From a virus (Duplodnaviria; Heunggongvirae; Uroviricota; Caudoviricetes), in the IMG/VR virus record IMGVR_UViG_2917403263_000001: a DNA stretch of 50,015 nucleotides. One strand, 5' to 3'. Below, piece after piece: positions 31,069-40,775 of this stretch. Within the stretch, counting starts at the first letter, position 1. The number at the start of each line of letters is the position of its first letter. Position numbers and translations under genes: made by a program. Below the pieces are notes generated by a model that saw nothing but the letters and a program-made list of their open reading frames with translations, was not told the origin of the DNA and ran no database searches.

Positions 31069-31664
31069 GCAAACTCCAGCAGCTGTGCAGTCACATTTTC
31101 GACTTGTTCCGGAGAGGAAAATTTACGGAACAGAATCCAGTTCCACAGCACATTCAGTACAGATTTATAAACCTGCTGAAACTCGGTTTCGTCCATATTT
31201 GCAAACGCGATGGATTTCGCCCGACGCCCGCGGCTACCGTCCGGATAAAAATGCTCAGTGTAAAATCCGGCCTGAATGGTTACCCATTCACGGAAGGCGT
31301 CAAATGACTTGAGTAATGCCGTATCCTGGGTTCTGCGTGTCGCAACTGTATTCAGATATTGCTCTGCGGCTTCGCTCAGGGCTGGCGTATGTTCCCTGCC
31401 TACCGAGTCACACAGGTAATCAACGAAACCTGACACCAGTGTTCGTTCGCGAGGCGTGATCGCCCCACCGACCGGAGTCCAGTAATCGAATCCGAGTTGC
31501 AGGAGTTTGAAAAAACGCTTGTGGAATGCGTAGTTACGAACACGCTTAAAGTCAGCGTGTATCCACTCGCCTATTTTTATTTGATGCAGAAAATCGCAAC
31601 TCTCCGGCGTCGCCGGGAGAAGTAAACCAGAAGAAGTTTGTTTGACCAGTTGTATATGTGCCAT
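31065..31664 (-). CDS. nin-region protein of unknown function
   Basis: 199-aa ORF coupled to the ybcO-like gene. Confidence 0.45.
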   Translation of the reverse strand: MAHIQLVKQTSSGLLLPATPESCDFLHQIKIGEWIHADFKRVRNYAFHKRFFKLLQLGFDYWTPVGGAITPRERTLVSGFVDYLCDSVGREHTPALSEAAEQYLNTVATRRTQDTALLKSFDAFREWVTIQAGFYTEHFYPDGSRGRRAKSIAFANMDETEFQQVYKSVLNVLWNWILFRKFSSPEQVENVTAQLLEFA

Positions 31665-31730
31665 CGGTTTTCTCCGGTGGCACGGTGTTACTCAGCAGGG
31701 GGTCAACCCTGTGCTGAATTGTAGATGAAT

Positions 31731-31991
31731 TCACTCAGTCTCAAAAGCAAAAAATCCAGCCTTAAGTCCTATCTCTTTCAAAGCCTGTAATGATGTGACA
31801 AATTCATCTTCACGTAAAATAAAACCGTCCACCATAAGTCCATCCACAAAATAAATTAACACAGCACCGTTCTTCCTTTGCTGGGATTGTAAACATTTAA
31901 TGCGGCAGTGACTGACAATAGTTCCATTCTCAACGCGCACAGCATAGAGGCCATTTTCACTAAACAATTCATGCAATTCTTCGATTTTCAT
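31731..31991 (-). CDS. Hypothetical 86-aa protein (orphan moron gene)
   Basis: SD ggaagga before ATG; preceded by a 250-bp AT-rich region with acaaatacg tandem repeats and a terminator. Confidence 0.45.
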   Translation of the reverse strand: MKIEELHELFSENGLYAVRVENGTIVSHCRIKCLQSQQRKNGAVLIYFVDGLMVDGFILREDEFVTSLQALKEIGLKAGFFAFETE

Positions 31992-32231
31992 CTTCAGAAT
32001 CCTTCCAGATAAATAGCTCTCCCCTTTTCAGGGTCCATCCATCTTCTCCCTGCGCGCTACTCAAAACGGATGAATTCTAATTAATCTTTATTTCGAAGCA
32101 ATCGCAAACGATAAAGACAAAAATAAAAACAAATACGACAAATACGACAAATACAATAATATCGAAAATTAACTAACCATTCGGACAACAAGGCAATATA
32201 ATTTCAGCTAAAATTATTAATCCCTTATTCA

Positions 32232-32258
32232 TGAAAAACAAAACCCGCCGAAGCGGGT
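32232..32258 (-). terminator. Intrinsic terminator downstream of the HTH-peptidase gene
   Basis: aacccgc-cgaa-gcgggtt hairpin followed by U-rich run on the minus strand; same hairpin as at 34070-34094. Confidence 0.65.
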
Positions 32259-32263
32259 TATGC

Positions 32264-33385
32264 CTAGTGAATTTTGCCTCTAAGAGTTCGGTAAGATTGT
32301 AGTGAAACAACATCACCACTTCCTGGCAGTTCATGAACCGCAGGAAGATCATCTCCAACTAACTCATAAAAAATGTCCACTTCTATATCCATTTCATCAG
32401 CTATACGCTGTGGGTCGTATCCTAACTCTTCAAATAAAAACGATAAAGCCCGACGGAATAACTCAGGACGCTCATGAGGGATTAGATAATCTTCTTTTTC
32501 ATCAATAGCTTCCCCTTTCCGTTTCAACCCCATAAATGCAGTTCTGTACTGCTCATCAGTCAAAAGTCCTAATTGATGAGCCCTGTAAACAATGGCAGCC
32601 TTACTTACTTTCCATGTCAACTTAAATTGGCTTAGTCCCTGCCAATTTATCCTCCCCCCCACAGGTCTTGGAAAATATTTCGCCATCGACGTTCTGGGAA
32701 GCAACAGAGCAGAGGCAAAACGGTTTGCCTGGGATTCAGTTAATCTATCACCAGTAGAAATTCCTTCATGAAGAATCAAATGGGCAACCTCATGAGCAAT
32801 ATCAAAGCGTTGCCTACAAGGTGAATTTTTAGCTGTATTTCGAACAATAAAAGGCCTTCGTAGAGGAACAGACAGTGCATCTACTTCATCCGAAACGGAG
32901 TCAAATGAAGTAACAAACGCCCCAAGTTTCTCGGCCAGGCGAGTCATATTTTCAATTGGGCCAAAGCCTAAGCCCCACTCAATACGACATTTTTCTGCCG
33001 CTCGCTCGATATCTTCTTGTGTATGGACACGAAATTCAGGAAATCGAACAGGTGACAAATTAAGATTATCTTCAAATACATCAATAAAACGACGATAAAA
33101 CTCAGCCTTAGCGAGTGTTGATAGCTTCGTTGACATCCTTGTCGAGGCGCGTTTACGAAAATGTACAATCTCTTCATTAACAGGAGAATGTTCCTGCCCT
33201 TCGAAAAAGGCGGGCTTCACGCGCAAAACCTCGGCTAATTTATTTATAAGCTCTGGGGATGGAGTAGCTGAACCAGACTCCAGTCGCTGTACATACTGGC
33301 GTGTTTTTTCAACCTTCTCAGCAACCTGCTCCAGAGATAGCTCGTGATACAGACGAGCAAGTCTTAAATTAGTACCGTTAAACAC
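32264..33385 (-). CDS. XRE-family HTH fused to ImmA/IrrE-type zinc metallopeptidase (COG2856-like)
   Basis: N-terminal HTH LSLEQVAEKVEKTRQYVQRLESG; HEXXH motif HEVAHLILHE; 373 aa. Confidence 0.8.
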   Translation of the reverse strand: MFNGTNLRLARLYHELSLEQVAEKVEKTRQYVQRLESGSATPSPELINKLAEVLRVKPAFFEGQEHSPVNEEIVHFRKRASTRMSTKLSTLAKAEFYRRFIDVFEDNLNLSPVRFPEFRVHTQEDIERAAEKCRIEWGLGFGPIENMTRLAEKLGAFVTSFDSVSDEVDALSVPLRRPFIVRNTAKNSPCRQRFDIAHEVAHLILHEGISTGDRLTESQANRFASALLLPRTSMAKYFPRPVGGRINWQGLSQFKLTWKVSKAAIVYRAHQLGLLTDEQYRTAFMGLKRKGEAIDEKEDYLIPHERPELFRRALSFLFEELGYDPQRIADEMDIEVDIFYELVGDDLPAVHELPGSGDVVSLQSYRTLRGKIH

Positions 33386-33395
33386 ATTTCACCCA

Positions 33396-34037
33396 CTATT
33401 TGCTATTTTGTTTCTTTTCCTTCTCAGTCTTAGACGCACTGATAGGTTCTAGTTCGATAGGTACCGGTGCTGGAGGTACATCATCGACAGAGTTCAGCAT
33501 AACAACACGGTCCGCACCATATGTCCAAGTTGACACGATCTCACCAAACACGTTATAGCCATTAAAAATGACTTTACCACCCTCGCCTTCAAATTCAGGC
33601 TTTTCAACCACAAAGCGATGCATAGTTGGAGTGGTCTCCTCTGACTCAAAGAGTCGATCAGCATCGTTTCTTTTGAAAAAACCGCGTTTCTTGGGATTAT
33701 CTGCGTCATCAGTAAAGAAACGAATAGGGACATTCCCAATTGAAAACGTAAGATCCATGCCAGGATTAAGTAGTCTTAACCAGTCATATGTCTTTCGTAC
33801 GCACATTTGTAGCAACGCCTGCCGCTGACGCCCAAATGTACAACCACCACGAGTGTAATTATCATCATAGGGCGATGACAATAACTCATGAGTAATATCC
33901 TGTATCCTGAGCAACTCCTCAGCTATTATGGTTAAACGATCCTCTGTTAACTCAGGAAAGAACTCCCAAGGGAATGGATGGTTCTGCATAGACACATCTC
34001 CGTCTAATCCGTGCAAAAAACGACTTTTGTCAACCAA
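33396..34037 (-). CDS. Hypothetical protein, first gene of the two-gene cassette
   Basis: 213-aa ORF (possible internal start MQNHPFPW); 10-nt gap to the HTH-peptidase gene; AT-rich; no family recognised. Confidence 0.5.
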   Translation of the reverse strand: MVDKSRFLHGLDGDVSMQNHPFPWEFFPELTEDRLTIIAEELLRIQDITHELLSSPYDDNYTRGGCTFGRQRQALLQMCVRKTYDWLRLLNPGMDLTFSIGNVPIRFFTDDADNPKKRGFFKRNDADRLFESEETTPTMHRFVVEKPEFEGEGGKVIFNGYNVFGEIVSTWTYGADRVVMLNSVDDVPPAPVPIELEPISASKTEKEKKQNSK

Positions 34038-34069
34038 GATATTGGTGCATATTCATAATTTTGTCAACC
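34038..34069 (-). promoter_or_regulatory. Candidate promoter of the two-gene cassette
   Basis: Consensus TTGACA -35 hexamer (complement of 34062-34067) immediately downstream of the terminator; -10 assignment uncertain. Confidence 0.35.
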
Positions 34070-34094
34070 AATAAAAAACCCGCCGAAGCGGGTT
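34070..34094 (-). terminator. Intrinsic terminator downstream of hok-like gene / upstream cassette boundary
   Basis: aacccgc-cgaa-gcgggtt hairpin followed by U-run on the minus strand. Confidence 0.65.
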
Positions 34095-34159
34095 AAGCGC
34101 GGGTGCGTTGAGGATGCCTGACACATCAGAGGTGGCGGGGGTTTACCCCGCCTGGTCTC

Positions 34160-34315
34160 TTACTCCTCAGGTTCGTAAGCTGTGAAGACAGCGACCTCCG
34201 TCTGGCCGGTTCGGATTCGTACCTCGCAGAGGTCTTTCCTCGTTACCAGTGCCGTCACTATGACGGTTAAACAGATGACGATCAGGGCGATTAACATCGC
34301 CTTTTGCTGCTTCAT
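34160..34315 (-). CDS. hok: Hok/Gef-family type I toxin
   Basis: 51 aa MKQQKAMLIALIVICLTVIVTALVTRKDLCEVRIRTGQTEVAVFTAYEPEE; SD aaggag; the longer in-frame ORF 34160-34372 may be the mok-like leader. Confidence 0.8.
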   Translation of the reverse strand: MKQQKAMLIALIVICLTVIVTALVTRKDLCEVRIRTGQTEVAVFTAYEPEE

Positions 34316-34582
34316 AGCCTGCTTCTCCTTGACCTTTCGGTCCGTAAGAGGCAATCTATATGTGACGAGCATATAGGGGCCTCACTTCGATTTATAGTCG
34401 GGTGGGGCTTTTCTCTATCTGCCTTTGGTAGCATGCCCGAGGCAGATAGCCTCAAGCACCCGCAGCAATTCTACTTAACTATCTTTTTCCCGCAAATCGT
34501 TTTTATCCCCAGCGGCAAATCGAATACACCATCAGCGCCACCGCCATTGCAATTCCTACCGTTGTGAATGCTTCAGGCCAAC

Positions 34583-35006
34583 TCATTGATTCACCTCCTG
34601 CGGCGGTTCTGGTAGCGGCATCCAGTGGGTTACATTGCGGCTCTGTGTTTCGAAGAACTCCTCACCATTGCGGACAACATCAAAAAACTCACTGTCTCGA
34701 TATTGCGCATAAAGAACGAATGCGCCATCACATAAAATAATTACGTGCTGACCATCATCTGGCATTCGCTCACTACAGCTTATCCAAGCATCCGGAGCTA
34801 CCGGGTAGTTGCCCAATAGCTCGTTCAACTTCACCTTAATCTCCACATTTCTCAGCTTTAGCACTATTGGTAGGTCTGACTTTCCGGTTAATGCTAATGC
34901 GAGATTTTCTGGAGTAATGAGAGCAGTTATTGTTTTCCCCATTGCCAGACGAATAATCATTCGTATCTCTCGATCGTCACATGCTCCCGGTCGAACAATT
35001 GATATT
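34583..35006 (-). CDS. DUF551-like phage protein
   Basis: Start MNGQISIV (SD aaggag); C-terminal WISCSERMPDDG..THWMPLPEPP. Confidence 0.55.
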
Positions 35007-35018
35007 TGTCCATTCATA

Positions 35019-35537
35019 TCAATCTCCTTTTCCATGAAACAGGTGCTCACGACTGGATTTCCAGAATATCCATGCCAGATCAACATTCGGGTCCTGGTAA
35101 TTCATCCCTTCGTTGGCACGAAGCAATAATGTTTCATGGTTTTTATCACCCGCATGAAACCTGACAAGTGCTTCGAACTGTTCGCGACCATCATCTGGCA
35201 TTCGCTCACTACAGCTTATCCAACCATCCGGAGTTACCGAAATTGGCGGCGCGGCATATAGCTTACGGGTCTGAACACCTGCCCCCTGACATTTCTCTTC
35301 CTCAACAAATCCTTCGTAAACGCATTCTCCGCAATCTTCCCATTCTCCCCATTCATCATATTCTGCATCCCACTGGCGATACTGATATGCCACTGGCTCT
35401 GCTTCCAACGATGCCAGCGCAATACGAAACACATTGGCAAGCAGGCTGTTTGAAGATTGGTTATCGTGCGCCGCATCGCTCAGAAAGCCAGTGATGAATG
35501 ATTTAATCTCTGCGCTTTCTCTGGTAATAGTTGCCAT
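35019..35537 (-). CDS. DUF551-domain phage protein (paralog)
   Basis: Start MATITRES; contains DGWISCSERMPDDG; shares a 48-bp near-identical DNA segment (35192-35240) with 34755-34803. Confidence 0.5.
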   Translation of the reverse strand: MATITRESAEIKSFITGFLSDAAHDNQSSNSLLANVFRIALASLEAEPVAYQYRQWDAEYDEWGEWEDCGECVYEGFVEEEKCQGAGVQTRKLYAAPPISVTPDGWISCSERMPDDGREQFEALVRFHAGDKNHETLLLRANEGMNYQDPNVDLAWIFWKSSREHLFHGKGD

Positions 35538-35538
35538 A

Positions 35539-35757
35539 TCAGTTTTCCTTATACGGATTAATTTTATTGTGCAGTGTGTTGAACGAGGCCCATACCACGT
35601 CGTTATACAATTCAATAACTGGCTCAATTATTTTCCCGATTCCCCATACCAGAATTAACGGGGATATCGGTATCATCAACACGATAAACAGAATGAGAAA
35701 CAGGAATTCTGTTGTTCGACTTCTTCGCGGATAATTTTTCCTGAATAGTGTAGGCAT
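35539..35757 (-). CDS. Small membrane protein (72 aa)
   Basis: SD aaggag before ATG; hydrophobic core FLFLILFIVLMIPISPLILVWGIG. Confidence 0.4.
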   Translation of the reverse strand: MPTLFRKNYPRRSRTTEFLFLILFIVLMIPISPLILVWGIGKIIEPVIELYNDVVWASFNTLHNKINPYKEN

Positions 35758-36101
35758 ATCACGCTCCTTTAGTGCGGAAGTGATTTTTCCAGCGGTTTTG
35801 CTCTGCGCTGGGCTTTTTGCAACAGCTGTGACCCATCACCCCGCAACACCCCGTCAATCTCACTCGTCTGTTACTAATCCTCAACCATCGCCAGCCCCCA
35901 ACACCGTTTCTGCGAGCTAACAGAATTTTTGCTTTACGGTTTTTCATCGTTTTGCTCTCCTGCGTTTCTTTGCTGCACGGCGTGCCGCTGCAATACCGGT
36001 ATGGCGCTTTGGTGCCGGAATAATATTGTCAGCCATCATGACATGCGGCATAACTGTTAAGGCAGCCCCATGAAACCAGACCAGATAAGGCGACATCAGC
36101 A

Positions 36102-36632
36102 TTACTTCCCCCTATTATCCTGAAGCATGGCTTCGCGGCAGGCATTCCAGCCATCAACATAATCAAACGTATTGCTATCGTCTGGCTCGATTTCATCCGG
36201 CACTATCAGTGCTGGCTGGACGGTGGCATTGGCAAAGGCAGCACGCAACCCGGTTTTAATTTCTTCGATTTCATCAGAGCCAAGCGATGAGTCAGAAAGC
36301 GCATGGTGAAATGCGTAAGCCATGTCGTCGTTTACTACAACCGGCTCTGCTTCCAGCGATACTACCGGTCTATCAGGTAGCACTGGCGGGGCGGCGAATA
36401 GTGGTTTAGGTGATATCTCCGCACGTTTTGCATATGCTTCAACTGTGTCAGGATTAAACAGGATTATGTTTTCTCCGCATACCCACGCTATCGGTTCTGC
36501 TTCCAGCGATGCCAGTGCAATTTTGAATAACTCGCCCTCTACCCGTGCCATCCCTGAATTGGGGTGGCATTTCGCAATCGCTATTTTTAATTTGGCTTCT
36601 TCGATTAATTGCTCTTTGGTTAATTCTGTCAT
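36102..36632 (-). CDS. Hypothetical phage protein sharing an N-terminal module with 35019-35537
   Basis: 176 aa; motif FKIALASLEAEPIAW also present in the neighbouring paralog. Confidence 0.45.
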   Translation of the reverse strand: MTELTKEQLIEEAKLKIAIAKCHPNSGMARVEGELFKIALASLEAEPIAWVCGENIILFNPDTVEAYAKRAEISPKPLFAAPPVLPDRPVVSLEAEPVVVNDDMAYAFHHALSDSSLGSDEIEEIKTGLRAAFANATVQPALIVPDEIEPDDSNTFDYVDGWNACREAMLQDNRGK

Positions 36633-36729
36633 TTTTCATTACCGCCCTTTCGGACGGACTCCTGATGTATTGAGGTTGCAGGAATCCCTCCGGTTAAGGA
36701 TTAAATTTTATTTACAGTACTAAATTTAA

Positions 36730-37308
36730 TTATTCTGGAGCGCGAAGCTGTTCCACACAATGCAGCAGCGCATCCGTTGCTTCATTAAGCGTTACGGTAT
36801 CGGCATCATCCAGCCCTGCAACTTTTGCGTGCCTGACAAACGCCGCGCAAAGGTCGTTAAACGCCCACGCCCGTACTTCAGCCAGAAAAACATCGGTGGC
36901 CGGAGTGGGCTTTTGTGGTGATATAGCAATACGAATTGTTTCAAGCCCCGATTTTGTTTTCATTGCTGGCACTTTGATATGCCCAAGTTGCACCGCATTC
37001 ATAATGAACCTGCGACGGTCATCACATATCGCCTTCAGCCCAGCATTCTCCGCTGCCAGAGCCATGCATTCTTTCTCAAGTCGGAAAATTTCCGTCACGT
37101 ATTTGGCGTTTTCACCGCCCTTGATTAACTCGTTAATTCGTTTGCTTTTAATTTCCAGCTCATCCAGTAACGCAAGCACAAGGTGTGGCGTTATCAAGGA
37201 CTCAAATTCGGCAACAGCTTGCTCACCTCGCTTGTAATTCTTAATCCCACCTAAATCTCTCGCGTTCTGTGCCGCATCACGCAGTGCCTGATAATTAATT
37301 TTGCTCAC
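36730..37308 (-). CDS. Ead/Ea22-like coiled-coil protein
   Basis: 192-aa acidic coiled-coil protein in the early-right region; family recalled. Confidence 0.45.
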   Translation of the reverse strand: MSKINYQALRDAAQNARDLGGIKNYKRGEQAVAEFESLITPHLVLALLDELEIKSKRINELIKGGENAKYVTEIFRLEKECMALAAENAGLKAICDDRRRFIMNAVQLGHIKVPAMKTKSGLETIRIAISPQKPTPATDVFLAEVRAWAFNDLCAAFVRHAKVAGLDDADTVTLNEATDALLHCVEQLRAPE

Positions 37309-37727
37309 AAAAGCACCTCCTGAAAATTACCCTGATAGAACGCCAGTACACGCTGCATAGCTTCGCTTTTCCGACACTCGCGACAGATTATGTTCAGACG
37401 CCTGTCGTAGCGGCGTATTTCTCCATCTTGTAACGACCGGATAAGACCCGGATCAACCACAGCTGTTTTCTTCACCTTTGCCCTTGATAGTTTTTTGCGG
37501 GCGTTTTGCCAGTCCTTACGAGCCTGTTCTGACGGGAATAACCCGTAGCCAGAGTTATATACATCGCCACTGGCAACCAGCTCTCTGGCGAGAACACTCA
37601 TCAGATATCTTGTCGCACCTGTCTTGGCTTCCAGTTGCCGTAACGTCTCGCGCCCACTCTGGCGCACGAGTTCAACAACCTGCCCCTTAATTTTTTCCCG
37701 CTCTTCTTGTGTAAATACTTTTGCCAT
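37305..37727 (-). CDS. Hypothetical early-region protein
   Basis: Start MAKVFTQEEREK (SD ggagg); ~140 aa. Confidence 0.4.
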   Translation of the reverse strand: MAKVFTQEEREKIKGQVVELVRQSGRETLRQLEAKTGATRYLMSVLARELVASGDVYNSGYGLFPSEQARKDWQNARKKLSRAKVKKTAVVDPGLIRSLQDGEIRRYDRRLNIICRECRKSEAMQRVLAFYQGNFQEVLL

Positions 37728-37742
37728 AAGCGCCTCCGGCAA

Positions 37743-38495
37743 TCACTTGTCCGACACAATACGACTGGAGGAATAGACAATCTGTCGAACAATATCCCGG
37801 TGCTTGTTCAGTTCCCGCAGCGCGGCGCAGACACGCTCCCACTTCTGGACATGATTTTTCGCCCGACGCAGTTCGCGATTTGCCATATGCAGCGATGGCA
37901 AAACCAGGTCATCCGCTTGTGTTTCGGTGTACGATGGCAACGACTGCACAATGTCCGCTACAGTTTCTGTTTTAATATCTTCCTGTGTTGCAGCTTCCTG
38001 CACCGGTAACGCAACACCTGCTGGTTGAGGAAAGGCTTTACCATGGGTTTCCGCTATCGATTTAACTTTCGGCTCTGCTGGTAAATTACCGCCCGGCATG
38101 CAGTAACGAAATTTACCGTTCTGATTAACGCGAATCAGACGACCTTTGCTGATTGCCATTGCCAGCGTTGAAGCCACTTTGCGGGATGTTGTACCGAACA
38201 GCGTAGCCAGTTCATCCGCCGTTTGTGGGCCACGTTGTTCAATCGTCGAAGTTAAATCGCTCTCCGAAATTTTCGTCACTGTTGCCGTAGTGGTTTCTTC
38301 CGGCAGTGCTGGCTGTTCCTGCTGAACGTTGTTATCAGCCACACGCCAGGTGTATACGCTTTTATCAACGAAGCCAGCCTTTTTCAGTTCCCACAGCTCG
38401 TTCAGCACTTCTTCACGACTGATATCAAGTCGCGCTGCCAGTTCTACCGACGTGGCTTTTCCCATTGCTTTCAGTGCGTCAAAAACGGTCTCCAT
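37743..38495 (-). CDS. Hypothetical protein with two winged-helix-like segments
   Basis: Start [30 protein letters not shown] (SD gggagga); ~250 aa. Confidence 0.45.
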   Translation of the reverse strand: METVFDALKAMGKATSVELAARLDISREEVLNELWELKKAGFVDKSVYTWRVADNNVQQEQPALPEETTTATVTKISESDLTSTIEQRGPQTADELATLFGTTSRKVASTLAMAISKGRLIRVNQNGKFRYCMPGGNLPAEPKVKSIAETHGKAFPQPAGVALPVQEAATQEDIKTETVADIVQSLPSYTETQADDLVLPSLHMANRELRRAKNHVQKWERVCAALRELNKHRDIVRQIVYSSSRIVSDK

Positions 38496-38529
38496 TAAAA
38501 TTTCCTCCCGGTAAAAATTACTTCTCAAC

Positions 38530-39195
38530 TCAAACAAAACCAGCCGCTTTCCGGCGTTCGTATTCCTGTTTCAGCAACTCAATTGGAGTTGGCCCCGACG
38601 GGCGTTCTGGTGCAGCCAGTTGCCGCCGGACTGGCGGAACACTGAGGCCGTCACCAACTTGTTTTGCCCATTTCGCCAGTTGCCGTTCTGCAAGTCCTTT
38701 TAACTCCCCTTCGGTCATCTGACGCTCAATCCCTTTTGCCCGCATCTCGAGGCAAATGTGATACAGCACAGGCTGAGACCACGGGTATTTATCGCTTCCG
38801 TCGTATCGCCAGGACTCGTTGCGCCAGCGTCGGTACTCCTCCATCACGGCATCCACAGTCAAACCAAACGGATTTGCCCCACTTTCCGAAATCAACGCCA
38901 CAAACTCTGCCAGGTCAGGAGGCCATGTTTCACCCGCCCGACAACGCTCCATGCACTGGCGGCAGACCTGCCGGATTTGCTGCTCAGTCATCGCGCCAAT
39001 CTGTGCAATCCAGAGCTTCGAAGGTGCGGCCCCGTTCTTCTGAGTCCAGCGGTTCGAATAAACCTCCCCCATGAGTTCCCACAGCTTCCACGCCGTTTCC
39101 GTCGCTGATAAATCCGTTTTCACGTTCCCACTGTTCACGTGCTGCCCGAATCTCCCGAACTGCCCGTGATGCGGTGCCACCTGGTGCTGCTGCAT
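38530..39195 (-). CDS. Replication protein P-like (helicase loader-like)
   Basis: C-terminal half resembles lambda P (recalled); true start uncertain because of a 211-nt overlap with the upstream ORF. Confidence 0.45.
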   Translation of the reverse strand: MQQHQVAPHHGQFGRFGQHVNSGNVKTDLSATETAWKLWELMGEVYSNRWTQKNGAAPSKLWIAQIGAMTEQQIRQVCRQCMERCRAGETWPPDLAEFVALISESGANPFGLTVDAVMEEYRRWRNESWRYDGSDKYPWSQPVLYHICLEMRAKGIERQMTEGELKGLAERQLAKWAKQVGDGLSVPPVRRQLAAPERPSGPTPIELLKQEYERRKAAGFV

Positions 39196-40048
39196 GGCTC
39201 ACCCCCTTGCTGACTGGTTTAACCTGCGCCCTGACGTGATTTACGTGACGGGCGAATTTCTGCTCCCACTGAATCTGCGTGAAAACTTTCCCCTCCGCTG
39301 CCCAGTAGTCCCGGAAGGCGGCAAGTTCAGCAGGTGTAAATTCCGGCTCTGGCAGAGCCACTCCCCACAGTGCAGCCCGCCGTCGAAAATCCGGCGACGG
39401 ATGCCAGCCATCGGTCATCTGAAATTTCCCGATGGGTTCAATCAGGCCGTCAAGATATTCGGGTTCCGTTGTCTGCGATGGCGTACCGTTCGATTCACTT
39501 GTCGGAGTACTCTCGCGTACGCGCGCGTTATGTGTGGGGTTTAATTCTTTTAGATCTGTATCTTTATTAGTTGCTTTTGTGTTGGCATCATGTTCAAACA
39601 CCACTCCAACATATGTTTGAACACCTGTTAAATTTCTCTCTTGTTTTGTTTGAGCATCTGCTTCCTTTCTGCTTCTTCTGGCCTGAACAGATGCTTTTCC
39701 TGCGGCTGATTTTTTGGTTAACTTTTCCCTGACTGATGCCAGATCTTCTTCAATCCGAAGATGCACCCATTCGTCGCCGTTATCGCAAAAAAACTCCCGC
39801 AAGGATGGTTCAACATCAGCCCATCGCTCGTTAGTCAGACGGGCAATTTTTGCCAGCCTGTTTTTGGGTATTGGCTTTCCTGTTTGCCAGTAATTGAACA
39901 TCAGCAACAAATACGCACCGTGTTCCTCTGCTGACAAATGCATGGTGTCAGCCAGGTAATCAGCTATGTACAGTTGCATGTATGGTAATGCGGCCATAAT
40001 TGCCCCGTATGATGCTGCCCGGTGGCTTAGAATAAGCACAACCAGCAT
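38984..40048 (-). CDS. Replication initiation protein (YdaU/DUF1376-like)
   Basis: 354-aa ORF downstream of the YdaT-like gene; N-terminus [18 protein letters not shown]; 3-prime end overlaps the P-like ORF. Confidence 0.5.
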   Translation of the reverse strand: MLVVLILSHRAASYGAIMAALPYMQLYIADYLADTMHLSAEEHGAYLLLMFNYWQTGKPIPKNRLAKIARLTNERWADVEPSLREFFCDNGDEWVHLRIEEDLASVREKLTKKSAAGKASVQARRSRKEADAQTKQERNLTGVQTYVGVVFEHDANTKATNKDTDLKELNPTHNARVRESTPTSESNGTPSQTTEPEYLDGLIEPIGKFQMTDGWHPSPDFRRRAALWGVALPEPEFTPAELAAFRDYWAAEGKVFTQIQWEQKFARHVNHVRAQVKPVSKGVSHAAAPGGTASRAVREIRAAREQWERENGFISDGNGVEAVGTHGGGLFEPLDSEERGRTFEALDCTDWRDD

Positions 40049-40060
40049 GGAAACTTTTGC

Positions 40061-40483
40061 TTAATGAACAATGACAGAATCGTCGGAAGACCCACCGCCG
40101 CTGAAATGCGCTTTCCGGTAAACGGCCTGAACTGCATCATCATGCGCATCAATTGCCGTACTCAACGCTTCCTGCGCCGCCAGTAATGCACGGCGTTCCA
40201 GGGTATCGAAGATGCAGAGTCGATGACGCAGTTCGCGCGGAAGAATTGCCAGAATTGCTGGGATCAGCTTCTGAATTTTTTCCCTTTGCGCTTTCGTTTC
40301 ACCTTTTAACCAACGGTGATAGATGCTCTGCTGATTATTCCAGTCCTTGCCTGGTACCAAAGGCAATTCGCCGCCCCCCTGCCGCAGATATTCTTCAGTA
40401 ATTGCGTTAGCGACCCACGCCTGCCCTTTTTCGGCTGCCAGGGCTAACAGCACTGATTCGATGTGCTCATGCCTGATTTTCAT
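40061..40483 (-). CDS. ydaT: YdaT-like protein
   Basis: 140 aa, immediately downstream of the Cro-like gene as in Rac. Confidence 0.55.
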   Translation of the reverse strand: MKIRHEHIESVLLALAAEKGQAWVANAITEEYLRQGGGELPLVPGKDWNNQQSIYHRWLKGETKAQREKIQKLIPAILAILPRELRHRLCIFDTLERRALLAAQEALSTAIDAHDDAVQAVYRKAHFSGGGSSDDSVIVH

Positions 40484-40685
40484 GAATCACCTTCCCAGGT
40501 CGTTTTGCCTTACGATATTCGTCATAAACTTTGGGGTCGTACTGAAGCTCCCCGCCAGATGCTTTTTGTAGGCGCATCGCGCGACCTTCGGGAACCAGTT
40601 CACCCCATGCAGCAACACTTGCCAGTTTCACTCCTGCGGCATTGGCAAGCTTTGTTTTGCTGCCAAAAAAAGTAAATTGCATCAA
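40467..40685 (-). CDS. Cro-like / YdaS-like small DNA-binding regulator
   Basis: 72 aa, divergent from the repressor gene across the operator region; GSKTKLANAAGVKLASVAAWG HTH-like. Confidence 0.5.
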   Translation of the reverse strand: MMQFTFFGSKTKLANAAGVKLASVAAWGELVPEGRAMRLQKASGGELQYDPKVYDEYRKAKRPGKVIHENQA

Positions 40686-40707
40686 CTTTAAGCATCAAAG
40701 CCCCCTT

Positions 40708-40751
40708 TTGTTAGATATTTCTAACAGTAATGTGCGCGGGATATCTAAGTC
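40708..40751. promoter_or_regulatory. Operator dyads between cro-like and repressor genes (OR-like)
   Basis: TTGTTAGA-tatt-TCTAACAg palindrome at 40708-40727 plus inverse half-site ATATCTAA at 40744-40751. Confidence 0.5.
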
Positions 40752-40775
40752 AAGAAAAATTAGAATTACCTAACT

